Assembly (NCBI GenBank): GCA_963755025.1
Contig: CAVWIH010000007.1
Coordinates: forward strand, 1 to 41,676
DNA from: an uncultured Actinomycetes bacterium
GTDB taxonomy: Bacteria > Actinomycetota > Thermoleophilia > UBA2241
Direction: 5' to 3'
DNA length: 41,676 bases
Shown here: piece after piece, positions 1-10,197 of the stretch
Numbering within the stretch: the stretch's first letter is position 1
How the letters are laid out: the number at the start of each line of letters is the position of its first letter
Position numbers and translations under genes: made by a program
Notes under the pieces: model-generated
Databases searched by the model: none
What the model was told of the DNA's origin: nothing
What the model saw: the letters and a program-made list of their open reading frames with translations, nothing else

Positions 1-1057
1 TCCACTCTCGCCAGCCCTTGCCGACACCTTCCGGGTGGAAGCACTTGCCGAGATACCGGCCATCGGGCGCCTGGCCCACGCCACACTCGTATGGGCGCTC
101 AGGGCCATGGAACGGACACGCGCGCACGTGATACCAGACGCTGCCGTTTGCGTCGGCCGGCTGCTCGCGGTAGTCGACGCGCGGCGGCCTCCAGAATCTC
201 AGCGAGCGGTCGGGCCAACTCCGGCGACTGTCACCTCTAGTCCTCCGCGAGTCGGCACGATCGCCGACGAGACTCTCGAGGAGTCCGAGCGGCACCGGCA
301 CGGACTCGGCCGGGCACGTTCAGCAAGACGCGAGCGGCGATGAGGCCGCTCCGCCGTCGGGTCGCCCTTTCTCTTGGTGGTCCCGATCAGGCAGGCTATA
401 CGTGATGCGTTGGCGACTGTGGTGTCGATTGTCGCCGCGGCCGTGTTGAACCCTGACGCGAGTGTCTCGAGCACCTTCTGAACGGTCGAGCGCGTCTCGG
501 CAGTGTTGGGCAACTCGATGGGGAAGAGGGCGTAGTAGCCGTTGCCCGATAGGCAGCTCTATGGGTGGCGGCCAGCCGAGACCAGCCAGGTAGCCAGTGA
601 CTGCGTTCAGCACTTTCTCGGCCTCGGCAAGTTCCGCCTCGGTGGCTGAGATGCCGGGACGGCCGGACCGAGTCGATGTCGAGGAACAGCCAGGTGCGTC
701 GTGCGATCTCGGCGTCTGCGGTCGTGGACTGCGCCGGGGCGACGATGCGGTTGTCGGCTCGCGCCAAGAGGTGGGGTCTGTGGCGTTGACAGTGATATAG
801 ACGTTGGCCTTACCCTCCCACGCGGCGGCGGCTTCGACGAGCTTCTCGGGTGTGTCGAAGTAGCCGGAGGCGGTGCGACCGAAGCGGTCGCACCTAAGGA
901 CGCGAACCTCGCGCACTTCGTCGGGACGCCATAGGGCCTGAACAAAGCGGAGGGAGTCTCGGGGAGTGGGGAGTAGTTGGTGCTCACTTGCCGGTTCGCC
1001 CCCAACGTCCGCTCGGGAGTACGAGCGTGCGACAGGCGGTGTAGTTCCGACTCGCAC
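1..1057 (-). CDS. Primase-like replication protein with C-terminal Zn-binding segment; frameshifted, runs off the window, start uncertain (987-1057)
   Basis: Pieces across frames join into one protein: TASGYFD...NVYITVN...ARADNR...TTADAEIARRTWLFLDIDSVRP...GISATEAE...SGNGYYALFPIELPN...IDTTVANASRIACLIGTTKRKGDPTAERPHRRSR, then WYHVRACPFH...GKCFHPEGVGKGWREW at the edge. DxD and SGNG motifs resemble AEP/RepB-type primases. Confidence 0.65.
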
Positions 1058-1062
1058 GGATG
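1..1062. mobile_element. Right end of an integrative element inserted in comM/yifB; extends beyond the left window edge
   Basis: ComM similarity starts abruptly at the CPCG motif (1061). Upstream is unrelated DNA with a phage/IME-type primase-like gene on the opposite strand. No integrase in the window. Confidence 0.8.
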
Positions 1063-1070
1063 TCCCTGCG
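1053..1070. other. Putative hybrid att site (element/comM junction)
   Basis: CGCACGGA-TG-TCCCTGCG is a 7/8 inverted repeat around a 2-bp core, exactly where ComM similarity begins. Confidence 0.65.
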
Positions 1071-1535
1071 GCTACCGGGGCGACTCGGCCACGCCTGCCG
1101 GTGCCCAGAGCATCGCCTCGCGCAGTACCGCCAGCGCCTCAGCGGACCGCTGCTCGACCGCATCGACCTGCACGTCGACGTGCCCCGCCTCCTGCCGCGC
1201 GACCGCCGCGGCTGCGTGGCCGGGGAGACGTCGGCGGTGGTGCGGGCGCGGGTCACCCGGGCCCGCGAACGCCAGCGCCGCCGCCTGGGCGGCGCCGGCC
1301 TCACCGCCAACGCCCATCTCACGGCGCGCGGCTTGCGCGAGCTCTGCACGCTCGAGCCGGGGCCATCCGCGCGCTCGACGACGCCTACGACCGGCTGCGC
1401 CTGAGCGCGCGCGCCTGCGACCGCGTGACCAAGGTCGCCCAGACCATCGCCGACCTCGAGGGCGCCGCCGCCATCGGCGAAGGCCACGTCGCCGAGGCGT
1501 TGTCGTACCGCGAGCAGGCCTGGAGACCGTCGTGA
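1061..1535 (+). pseudogene. comM: 3' part of ComM/YifB Mg-chelatase-like AAA+ ATPase, separated from its 5' part by the insertion; two indels
   Basis: CPCGYRGD / HACRCPEHRLAQYRQRLSGPLLDRIDLHVDVP / ETSAVVRARVTRARERQRRR / LSARACDRVTKVAQTIADLEGAAAIGEGHVAEALSYR; lies directly upstream of dprA. Confidence 0.92.
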
Positions 1536-2939
1536 GCGCGCCTCCCGCCACGCCGGAGCCACCGGCTGCGCAGCCCGGTGGGGAAGAGGCAGGCGGCGCG
1601 TCCGGCGCCGCTGCGGCCCGCGAGCTCTGCCTCTCGGCTGGCCGCCCAGTCCGCCGCCGACCGCGGCCTGGTCGGGCGCCTCGTCAGGGCGCACGGCAGC
1701 TTCGCTCAGGTCATGACGCTGCCGCGCTGGTCGCTGGCCCTCGCGGTGCGCAAGCAGGCCGACGCGACCGATGCCGCCGACGCCTCGTCGCCCGACCACG
1801 GCGACTCCGTAATTCTCGGCAGGAACAACCTGAGGGCGCCGAAGCCGTGGTCACCTGGGTCGACGCCGACTATCCGCCCGGCCTGCGCGAGCTGTTCGAC
1901 CCGCCGCCCGCCCTGTTCGTGCGCGGCCGGCACTGGGCGGCGATGCTGCGCGCCCTGCGCGAGCGCCCCACCGTGGCCATCGTGGGCGCCCGCCACCCGC
2001 CTACGGCCTCGAGATGGCCTGGCTGCTGGGTTCGGGGCTCGCCCGCGCTGGTGCTAACGTCGTGAGCGGCATGGCCCTGGGCATCGATGCCCAGGCCCAC
2101 GTCGGCGCACTCGACGGGCTCGGCCGCAGTCCGGCCGACGACCCGCCCTTCTGGCCCTCCGGCCGGCCCCTCGCCGACGCGCCGCCTCCCGGCCCGTCGT
2201 CCGCACGACGGCCGCCGATCCGCCTGTCGCCCTGCCGGTGGCGCTCGCCGGCGTGCTGGGCTCGGGCGCGCGGCTGAGCGTGCCGCGCACGAACAGCCGG
2301 CTGCGCCGACGTGGCGCGCTGCGGCGTGCTGCTGTCAGAGTACGGCTGGCTCCTGCCGCCGGCGCCCTGGCGGTTTCCCGCGCGCAACCGCCTGATCGCG
2401 GCCCTGGCCGACGCCGTCGTGATCGTCGAGGGCAGACACACGAGCGGCGCCCTGCACACCGCGGCCTTCGCCCTCGACCTGGGGCGCGACGTCCTGGCGG
2501 TACCCGGCGAAGCCGGCGGCCGCTGTCGGCCGGGCCACATCGCCTGCTGCGCGACGGCGCCCACCTGTGCGAGTCGCCCGACGACGTCCTCGCCCTTTTG
2601 CCGGGCTTCACGCCCGAGCCTGGGCCTCCCGGGCCGGCGGCCGGCGCCCGCTCGACGACGCCGGCGGCGCGTCAGCGGGTCCGACTCCGCCACCGGCGAC
2701 CTCTCCGGCGACCCCGACCTGAGCCTTGCCGGCGTCGCACGAGCAGCCCGCAGGGCCGTGTGCTGGCTGCGCTGCGGCGCGGCCAGCACACGGCCAACCA
2801 GCTCGAACGCAGCCTCGGGCTGGCCCCACGGCAGGTGGCCGCCGCGCTGGCCATGCTCGAGCTGGACGGTCTCCTCGACGTCCTGCCCGGCGGGCGCTAC
2901 CGCCTGCGCCGCAGGCCCCGCCCGGCGGCCCGCCCATGA
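1532..2939 (+). CDS. dprA: DNA-processing protein DprA, multiple frameshifts (sequencing errors or pseudogene)
   Basis: DADYPPGLRELFDPPPALFVRG, VAIVGAR, VVSGMALGIDAQAH, FPARNRLIAALADAVVIVEG...SGALHTA...GRDVLAVPG and a C-terminal winged helix (ALAMLELDG) are spread over several frames. GTG overlaps the comM stop. Confidence 0.9.
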
Positions 2940-3976
2940 CGGGGCAGGAGGCGTGGGGAGCCATGGCGAACTTGCCAAGCAGACAGACACGCCATCGTCG
3001 CGACCGCGCGGCGGCGGCGCGGCGCCCCACGAAGGAAGTACCGACGACACCCACGATGGCCACTCGTCCACAGCCTGCAGCAGGCCCCAGCGATCCGGTC
3101 GCTCAGTTCCTGCGCGGCCTCGAGGTGCGGGGCGCCTCGCCGGCGACGCGCCGTTCGTACGGCTCCGACCTCGCGCAGCTCACCGAATGGCTCGACACGC
3201 GCGGCCTGGCGCTCGAGGCGCTCGACCGCGGCGCGGTGCGCGCCTACGCCGCCGAACTCGGCGGGCGCGGCTACGCCCCGCGACGCTGGCTCGCAAGCTC
3301 TCGTCCATGCGCTCGTTCTGCCGCTTTCTCACCGCGCGCGGTGTGCGGCCGCCGACCCGCGCAGTATCTTCCCGGCCCGCGCCGGCGGCGGCGGTTGCCG
3401 CACGCCCTGCGGCCCGCCGAGGTCGACGCGGTGTGCGACGCGGTCGTCGGCGCCGACCCCTTCGCCCTGCGCGACCGGCTCATTTTCGAACTGCTCTACG
3501 GCTGCGGGTTGCGCAGCCAGGAGCTGGTCGACCTGAACCGCGCCGACGTCCACGCGCGCTACGGCGAGCTGCTGGTGCGCGGCAAGGGCGGCAAGATGCG
3601 CATGGTGCCGCTGGGCGACGAAGCCGCCGCGGCCCTCGAACGCTACCTCGCGTCCGGACGCGGCGAGCTCGAGCGGCGGCGCGGCGGCGCAGCCGCCGCG
3701 CCGCTCGACGCCCTCCTGCTCACGCGCGGCGGGCGCGCCCTGCAAACATCCGACGTGCGGCGCATCGTCGCCAAGTACGCCGCGGCGGCCGGGGTCACGG
3801 CGTCGCCACACATGTTCCGCCATGCCTACGCCACCCACATGCTCGAGCACGGCGCCGACCTGCGCGCCATCCAGGAGCTCCTCGGCCACAGCTCGGTCTC
3901 CACCACGCAGATCTACACACACGTCAGCGGCGCTCACCTCAAGGCCGTCCACCTGCGACATCACCCCCGGTCGTGA
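2936..3976 (+). CDS. xerC: XerC/XerD-family tyrosine recombinase (compensating frameshifts near 3280-3350; start may be 3056)
   Basis: LLYGCGLRSQE, VRGKGGKMRMVP, SPHMFRHAYATHMLEHGADLRAIQELLGHSSVSTTQIYTHV; usual position after dprA. Confidence 0.88.
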   Translation: MTGQEAWGAMANLPSRQTRHRRDRAAAARRPTKEVPTTPTMATRPQPAAGPSDPVAQFLRGLEVRGASPATRRSYGSDLAQLTEWLDTRGLALEALDRGAVRAYAAELGGRGYAPRRWLASSRPCARSAAFSPRAVCGRRPAQYLPGPRRRRRLPHALRPAEVDAVCDAVVGADPFALRDRLIFELLYGCGLRSQELVDLNRADVHARYGELLVRGKGGKMRMVPLGDEAAAALERYLASGRGELERRRGGAAAAPLDALLLTRGGRALQTSDVRRIVAKYAAAAGVTASPHMFRHAYATHMLEHGADLRAIQELLGHSSVSTTQIYTHVSGAHLKAVHLRHHPRS

Positions 3977-4110
3977 GCGGCGTGGGCGTGGGCGGCGAGC
4001 GAGGAGTTTTCCCTGCCGCGGCTCAGGCATATGGCCTTGAGCGCAGTGGTGGTAGCATGGTCATGGCGTCGCCGCCGGCGGCGCGGGCACTTGTGACGTG
4101 GTGACGTCGG

Positions 4111-4920
4111 TTGAGTAAGGTCGCGTCAATGGGTCGTCTCGACGAGAGCAGGATCAACGATCTCTGGCGCCGGTTCAAGAATGACGGCGACCAGCAGGCA
4201 CGCGACCGCCTGATCCTGGCCTACGCGCCGCTCGTCAAGTACGTCGCCGGTCGCATGGGCAGCGGGCTGCCCGCCCACATCGAAGAATCCGACCTCATCA
4301 GCTACGGCCTGCTCGGCCTGATCGGCGCGCTCGAACGCTTCGACCTGGGCCGCGAGATCAAGTTCGAGACCTACGCCATCTCGCGCATCAAGGGGTCGAT
4401 CATCGACGAGCTGCGCTCCCTCGACTGGGTGCCGCGCTCGGTGCGCAGCAAGGCGCGCGAGATCGAGCGCGTCTGCGCCCGCCTCGAGAACCGCCTGCAG
4501 CGCGCGCCGTCAGACGACGAGATCGCCGGCGAGCTCGGCGTCACGCTGCCCGAGTTCCACCACTCGCTCTCGCAGATCGCCAACACCTCGCTCGTCGCCT
4601 TAGACGAGCTGTGGGCGATCTCGGGCTCCGACGGCGACACCGCCTCGCTCATCGACACCATCGAAGACCCCAAGAGCCACGACCCCTCGCGCATGCTCGA
4701 CCTCTCCGAGATGAAGAGCCGCCTGGCGGCCGCCATCGACGCCCTGCCGCCGCGCGAGAAGATCGTGATCGCGCTCTACTACTACGAGAACCTGACCCTG
4801 CGCGAGATCGGCGAGGTCCTCGGCGTCACCGAATCGCGCGTCTCGCAGCTCCACACCAAGGCGATCCTGCGCCTCAAGGGCAGGCTGCGCGACGAGATCG
4901 AGCCCGCCGCCGTAGGGTAG
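4111..4920 (+). CDS. whiG: FliA/WhiG-family sigma-28 factor (ATG 4129 is an alternative start)
   Basis: [87 protein letters not shown]; actinobacterial dprA-whiG-rpsB context. Confidence 0.93.
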   Translation: MSKVASMGRLDESRINDLWRRFKNDGDQQARDRLILAYAPLVKYVAGRMGSGLPAHIEESDLISYGLLGLIGALERFDLGREIKFETYAISRIKGSIIDELRSLDWVPRSVRSKAREIERVCARLENRLQRAPSDDEIAGELGVTLPEFHHSLSQIANTSLVALDELWAISGSDGDTASLIDTIEDPKSHDPSRMLDLSEMKSRLAAAIDALPPREKIVIALYYYENLTLREIGEVLGVTESRVSQLHTKAILRLKGRLRDEIEPAAVG

Positions 4921-4984
4921 CCGTCGGCGCCGCGGCCGCCCGGCCCGCGCCTCACGTCGGCGTCACGCATGCCCTACGCCCCTT

Positions 4985-4995
4985 TGTGGTACCAT
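4985..4995 (+). promoter_or_regulatory. Extended -10 promoter element of rpsB-tsf
   Basis: TGTG-G-TACCAT just upstream of the structured rpsB leader. Confidence 0.55.
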
Positions 4996-5019
4996 GGAGC
5001 GCTAGTTTGTGTCCTGCCA

Positions 5020-5120
5020 ACCCCGACCCGACGGGTCCCGGGCGAGTGGCGGTGCCTCAGCTCATCCGAGGTTCCACTCGCTCTTTCCGTCGGCAGACAG
5101 CGCCACAGAAAACCGACCCC
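5020..5120 (+). ncRNA. rpsB 5' leader (t44/S2 autoregulatory leader-like)
   Basis: Nested stems CCGACGG(5028-34)/CCGTCGG(5087-93), GCGAGTGG(5042-49)/CCACTCGC(5074-81) and CCTC/GAGG, with the GGTGC element typical of S2 leaders. Confidence 0.65.
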
Positions 5121-5135
5121 TCCAAGGAGGCACCC

Positions 5136-6545
5136 GTGCCTACGGTCAGCATGAAGGACCTGCTGCAAAGCGGCGTCCACTTCGGCCATCAGACCCGCCG
5201 CTGGAACCCGAAGATGCGCAGCTACATCTTCACCGAGCGTGGCGGCATCTACATCATCGACCTCCAGAAGACCACGGTCCTGATCGACGAGGCCTACAAC
5301 TTCTTGCGCAACGTCGCCGCCCGCGGCGGCAGCGTGCTCTTCGTCGGCACCAAGAAGCAGTGCCAGGACTCCATCAAAGAAGAGGCCGAAGCGGCCGGGC
5401 AGCCCTACGTCGCCAGCCGCTGGCTCGGTGGTCTGCTGACCAACTACGTCACGCTGTCCAAGCGCATCAAGCGTCTGCACGAGCTCCGTCAGCTCGTCGC
5501 CGAGGGCTCCATCGACGTGCTGCCCACGCGCGACCAGATGAAGCTGCGCGGTGAGCTCGCCAAGCTCGAGACCAACCTCGGCGGCGTGGCCGGCATGGAG
5601 ACCCTGCCGAGCGCCGTCTTCGTCGTCGACCCCCGCAAAGAAGCCATCGTCGTCAAAGAGGCGCGCAAGCTCGGCATTCCGCTGGTCGCGCTCGTCGACA
5701 CCAACTGCGACCCCGACGAGGTCGACTACGTCATCCCGGGCAACGACGACGCCATCCGTTCCTGCTCCGTGATCGTCAAGGCCATGGCCCGCGCCGTCGC
5801 CGACGGCCGCGCGCAGGTCACCGCCGCCGAGTTCAAGGCCGCCGAAGAGCGCGCCGCTGCCGCCAAGGTGACCGCACAGGCCGAAGCCGCGCTGGCTAAG
5901 GCCGCCGCCGCCGTGGCCGCCGAATCCGGCACCGAAGCCGCCGTGGCCGACGCCGAAGCCGCCAAGGCCAAGGCCGACGCCGCCGCCAGCAGGGCCGCAA
6001 GCGACGCCGCCGCCCTCGAGCGGGCGGCCGCCAAGTTGAACCCGGTCAAGCCCGAGCCCGCCCCGGTGAAGCCCGCTGCGGTCAAGGCCGAGGCCGAACC
6101 CGCCAAGCCGGCCGCCGCTGCGGTCAAGGCCGAAGCGGCGCCGGTCAAGCCCGAAGCCGCTCGCGCCAAGGCGGAGGCCGCTCCGGCCAAGCCGGCGCCT
6201 GCCAAACCCAGCACCGCCGCGGCCGCCGAAGCGGCCAGGTCAAAGGCCGCCGCCAAGGCCGCCGTGGCCGAGGCCCTCGCCGCCCAAAAGCGGGCCGCCG
6301 AAGCCGTCGAGAACGCCATCGCCGCCGAAGCCGCCGCCGACAAGGCCTTAGACGCGGCCGCCGAGACCGAGGCGCAAGCCGAGGTCGCGGCCGTCGACGC
6401 CATCGTCGCCGAAGAGATCGCCGACGAGGTCAAAAAGACACGCAAGCCCGCCGTGCGCAAGTCGGCCAAGGCCGACAGCGACGCGCCGGCCGCGCCCGCG
6501 CACGACGCCGGCGCGAGCGACAGCAAAGACGAGAGTGAGGCGTAG
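5136..6545 (+). CDS. rpsB: 30S ribosomal protein S2 with long Ala/Lys/Pro/Glu-rich C-terminal extension (469 aa)
   Basis: AAGGAGG RBS then GTG; [58 protein letters not shown]. Confidence 0.97.
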   Translation: MPTVSMKDLLQSGVHFGHQTRRWNPKMRSYIFTERGGIYIIDLQKTTVLIDEAYNFLRNVAARGGSVLFVGTKKQCQDSIKEEAEAAGQPYVASRWLGGLLTNYVTLSKRIKRLHELRQLVAEGSIDVLPTRDQMKLRGELAKLETNLGGVAGMETLPSAVFVVDPRKEAIVVKEARKLGIPLVALVDTNCDPDEVDYVIPGNDDAIRSCSVIVKAMARAVADGRAQVTAAEFKAAEERAAAAKVTAQAEAALAKAAAAVAAESGTEAAVADAEAAKAKADAAASRAASDAAALERAAAKLNPVKPEPAPVKPAAVKAEAEPAKPAAAAVKAEAAPVKPEAARAKAEAAPAKPAPAKPSTAAAAEAARSKAAAKAAVAEALAAQKRAAEAVENAIAAEAAADKALDAAAETEAQAEVAAVDAIVAEEIADEVKKTRKPAVRKSAKADSDAPAAPAHDAGASDSKDESEA

Positions 6546-7147
6546 TGGCTGACATCACCGCGACCATGGTCAAAGCGCTCCGCGACAAGAGCGGCGCGGG
6601 CATGATGGACTGCAAAAAGGCCCTCGCGGCCACCGGCGGCGACATCGAGAAGGCCGTCGACGAGCTGCGCAAAAAGGGCCTCGCCGCCGCCCAGAAGAAG
6701 TCGGGGCGCGCCGCCCGCGAAGGCTCGATCGACTCCTACGTGCACGCCGGCGGCAAGATCGGCGTGCTGGTCGAGGTCGGCGTCGAGACCGACTTCGTCG
6801 CGCGCAGCGAGCCGTTCCGCGAGTTCACCCACGACCTCGCCATGCAGGTCGCCGCGTCGAACCCCCTGTGGGTGCGCCGCGAAGAGGTGCCTGCCGCCGT
6901 CATCGAGCGCGAAAAGGCCATCTACCGCGAGCAGGCCAAGGGCAAGCCCGACAACGTCATCGAGAAGATGCTCGACGGCAAGCTCAACAAGTTCTACCAG
7001 GAGACCTGCCTCATGGAGCAGGCCTTCGTCAAAGACCCCGACCGCACGATCGAGCAGCTGCGCACCGACCTGGTCGGCGTGATCGGCGAGAACGTCGACG
7101 TGCGGCGCTTCGTCCGTTTCCAGCTCGGCGAGACGGCTGAGGACTGA
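6545..7147 (+). CDS. tsf: Elongation factor Ts, short (200 aa) form
   Basis: [37 protein letters not shown]. Confidence 0.97.
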   Translation: MADITATMVKALRDKSGAGMMDCKKALAATGGDIEKAVDELRKKGLAAAQKKSGRAAREGSIDSYVHAGGKIGVLVEVGVETDFVARSEPFREFTHDLAMQVAASNPLWVRREEVPAAVIEREKAIYREQAKGKPDNVIEKMLDGKLNKFYQETCLMEQAFVKDPDRTIEQLRTDLVGVIGENVDVRRFVRFQLGETAED

Positions 7148-7151
7148 CGTC

Positions 7152-7913
7152 GTGCTCGAGGGCGGGTCGGGCGACGCAGAGAGTCCCGGCGGACACGCGG
7201 CCTTCGGGCGGGTCCTGCTCAAGCTGAGCGGCCAGGCGCTGGCCGGCGACGGCCACTCCATCGACCCGGCGCGCACCCTCGAGATCGCCCACTACGTCAG
7301 GCGGGTGCGCGAACGCGGCGTCGAGCTCGCCATCGTCGTGGGCGGCGGCAACATCTTCCGCGGCGTCGCGGCGGCGGCCAAGGGCTTCGACCGCGCCACG
7401 GCCGACTACATCGGCATGATCGCCACCGTGCAGAACGCGCTCGCCCTGCAGGACGCCCTCGAAGACGAGAACGTCGACACGCGGGTCATGAGCGCCATCG
7501 AGATCAAGGCGGTCTGCGAGCCCTACATCAGGCGGCGCGCCCTGCGCCACATCGAGAAGGGCCGCGTCGTCATCTGCGCGGCCGGCATCGGCAACCCGTA
7601 CTTCTCTACCGACTCGGCCGCCGCCCTGCGCGCGCTCGAGCTGGGGGCCGAAGCCATCCTCATGGCCAAGCGCGAGTACGACGGCGTCTACGACGCCGAC
7701 CCCGAGAGGGTCCCCGAGGCGCGCTTCATCCCCGAGATCACGCATCTCCAGGCGATCGAGCGCGGCCTCAAGGTCATGGACACGACGGCGCTCTCGCTGT
7801 GCATGGACAACCGCCTGCCGATCATCGTGTTCAAGATGACCGGCGAGAACATCGAGCGGGTGCTGGCCGGCGAACGGGTCGGCACCATCGTGAGCACCCC
7901 GGTGACGGGCTAG
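7152..7913 (+). CDS. pyrH: Uridylate kinase
   Basis: [48 protein letters not shown]. Confidence 0.97.
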   Translation: MLEGGSGDAESPGGHAAFGRVLLKLSGQALAGDGHSIDPARTLEIAHYVRRVRERGVELAIVVGGGNIFRGVAAAAKGFDRATADYIGMIATVQNALALQDALEDENVDTRVMSAIEIKAVCEPYIRRRALRHIEKGRVVICAAGIGNPYFSTDSAAALRALELGAEAILMAKREYDGVYDADPERVPEARFIPEITHLQAIERGLKVMDTTALSLCMDNRLPIIVFKMTGENIERVLAGERVGTIVSTPVTG

Positions 7914-7928
7914 CAAGGAGGATGTGAC

Positions 7929-8486
7929 GTGGAGAAAGAGCTGCTCGACGACGCGACCGACCGCATGGCCAAAGCCGTCGCGGCCACACGCACCGAGTTC
8001 AACACCGTGCGCAGCGGGCGCGCCTCGACGGCGCTGCTCGACCGCATCCACATCGACTTCTACGGCGTCTCCACGCCGCTCAAGCAGATGGCGACCGTAG
8101 CCGCCCCCGAGGCGCGCCTGATCACGGTCACCCCCTACGACCGTACCTCGATGAAGGCCATCGAGAAGGCCATCATGGAGTCCGACCTCGGCCTCAACCC
8201 GAGCAACGACGGCGCCGTCATCAGGCTGCCGATCCCGGCGCTCACCGAAGAGCGCCGGCGCGACCTCGTCAAGCTCGTCCACAGGCTCGCCGAAGACGGT
8301 CGCGTGGCCGTGCGCAACATCCGCCGCGACGCCATGAAAGACCTGAAGGAGCTCAAGAACGACAGCCTGATCGGCGAAGACGCCGAGCGGCGCGCCGAAG
8401 AGCAACTGCAGCACCTGACCGACAAGCGCACCCACGAGATCGACGAGCTCCTCAAGCACAAAGAAGCCGAGATCCTCGAGGTCTAG
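7929..8486 (+). CDS. frr: Ribosome recycling factor
   Basis: AAGGAGG RBS; VRSGRAST, LGLNPSNDG, IPALTEERRRDLVK, RVAVRNIRRDA. Confidence 0.97.
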   Translation: MEKELLDDATDRMAKAVAATRTEFNTVRSGRASTALLDRIHIDFYGVSTPLKQMATVAAPEARLITVTPYDRTSMKAIEKAIMESDLGLNPSNDGAVIRLPIPALTEERRRDLVKLVHRLAEDGRVAVRNIRRDAMKDLKELKNDSLIGEDAERRAEEQLQHLTDKRTHEIDELLKHKEAEILEV

Positions 8487-8527
8487 CGACCCTTCCCGCC
8501 CGGAAAGGTCCACGGCCCTCTCACCTC

Positions 8528-9364
8528 ATGGCATCGCCCGAGCCCAAGCCGAAGCGAACGGCGCCGTCGCTGCTGCGCAAAGCGGGCACGGCCCGACGCC
8601 TGGCCCGCGGCGGCAAGTCCGACCCCGCGGCCGGCGGCGCCCAGTGCCGTTACCTGGCGGTCATCATGGACGGCAACGGCCGCTGGGCCAAACGCCGGCA
8701 CCTGCCGGTAGCCGCCGGCCACAGGGCCGGCGCCAAGGCCCTGCGGCGCCTCATCGAACGCGCCCTCGACCACGGCCTCGCCGAGGTCACCGTCTACTCG
8801 TTCTCGAGCGAGAACTGGCGACGGCCGCCCGACGAGGTCGCGGCCCTCATGGAGCTGTTCGTCGAGCAGATCGAAGCCGAGGTCCCCGAGGTGCAAAGCC
8901 AGGGCGTGCGGGTGCGTTTTCTGGGCCGCAAAGCGGGCGTCGCCCCCGAGCTGCTGCAGCGCATCGACGCCGCCGAGGCGGCCAATCCCGCTACCCCAGC
9001 CATGACCATGTACATCGCCTTCAACTACGGCGCTCGCGACGAGATCGTCGACGCCGCCCGCGCCCTTGCGGCCAGGGCGGCCGGCGAGATCGCGGCGCGC
9101 CCCGACGGCGCGCCGGGCGCCGGTCTCGACGAGCTCGTCACCGAGGACGCCCTCAAGGCCTGCCTGTACGCGCCCGAGATGCACGACCCCGAGCTCCTCA
9201 TCCGCACCAGCGGCGAGGAACGCATCTCCAACTTCCTGCTCTGGCAGCTGGCCTACACCGAGCTCTATTTCACCGACAAGCTCTGGCCCGACTTCGGTCC
9301 CGACGACTTAGACGAGGCGCTCGCGGTCTACGCCACGCGCGCCCGACGCTTCGGCGGCCGATGA
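8528..9364 (+). CDS. uppS: Polyprenyl (undecaprenyl) diphosphate synthase
   Basis: AVIMDGNGRWA, YSFSSENWRRP, AFNYGARDEI, LLIRTSGEERISNFLLWQLAYTEL. Confidence 0.96.
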   Translation: MASPEPKPKRTAPSLLRKAGTARRLARGGKSDPAAGGAQCRYLAVIMDGNGRWAKRRHLPVAAGHRAGAKALRRLIERALDHGLAEVTVYSFSSENWRRPPDEVAALMELFVEQIEAEVPEVQSQGVRVRFLGRKAGVAPELLQRIDAAEAANPATPAMTMYIAFNYGARDEIVDAARALAARAAGEIAARPDGAPGAGLDELVTEDALKACLYAPEMHDPELLIRTSGEERISNFLLWQLAYTELYFTDKLWPDFGPDDLDEALAVYATRARRFGGR

Positions 9365-9413
9365 CTCGGGCCACGGCACAGCGACCGTCACTCCGGCTCA
9401 CCTGCGGCTGCCC

Positions 9414-10197
9414 ATGCTAGGCACGCGCGTCATCGTCGGCGTGGTCCTGGCGCTTCTGGCGCTCGTGGTCACCATCCACGGCGGCCTGTTCTTCTTCGTC
9501 GTGGCGCTCGGCGTGGCGGTGGTCGGCACCAACGAGTTCTATCGCATGATGCGTCCCTACCGGCCCCTCGTCCTGGCCGGCTTCGTGGGCGTCGTGCTCA
9601 TGGCCTACTTCGGCTGGACGCACTCGCCCCAGACCCTCATGGGCGTCGTCGCCCTCACCTTGCTGCTGTCGTTCGGCCTGGCCGCCCTGCCCGGGCCGCG
9701 CCCCGGGGTCAGCGTGCGCATCGCCATCACCATGCTGGGGCTCGTCTACGTGGGCTTCGGCGTGGGCCACCTCGAGCTCATCCGCCGGCTGCCCGAAGGC
9801 CAGGGCTACGCCCTGATGGTCGTCTTCGGCGCCTGGGCCGGCGATACCATCGCCTACTTCACCGGGCGGTTCTTCGGCGCGACGCCGATGGCCCCGCGCC
9901 TCTCGCCCAAGAAGACCTGGGAGGGCTTCGTCGGCGGCTTCATCGGCACCGTGCTCATGGTGGTCTTCATCGGCCTCTACTACCACGCGCATCGGCGAGC
10001 TGCACTCGCTGCTGCTGGGCATCACGATCGGCGTGGTCGCTCCGCTCGGCGACCTCTTCGAGTCGCTGCTCAAGCGCGACGTCGAGATCAAAGACGCCGG
10101 CCGCTTCTTTCCCGGGCACGGCGGCCTGCTCGACCGCTTCGACGGCCTGCTGTTCGCCGCCGTGGCGAGCTACTACCTCATCCTCGTCCTGCACTAG
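9414..10197 (+). CDS. cdsA: Phosphatidate cytidylyltransferase; one frameshift near 9985
   Basis: WAGDTIAYFTG, APRLSPKKTWEG, then in a shifted frame GDLFESLLKRDVEIKDAGRFFPGHGGLLDRFDG ending at TAG 10195-97. Confidence 0.93.

Noticed and set aside
977-1062. Element-supplied new N-terminus restoring ComM
   Set aside because: The frame is open into CPCG, but it would replace most of the ATPase, including Walker motifs, with 28 unrelated residues, and no clear RBS is visible.
2936-3976. Tyrosine recombinase as the integrase of the comM element
   Set aside because: It has housekeeping XerC motifs, sits in the usual dprA-xerC position and lies outside the element boundary.
6545-7147. Short EF-Ts as a truncation
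   Set aside because: A ~200-aa EF-Ts is a known natural form, and both termini are intact.
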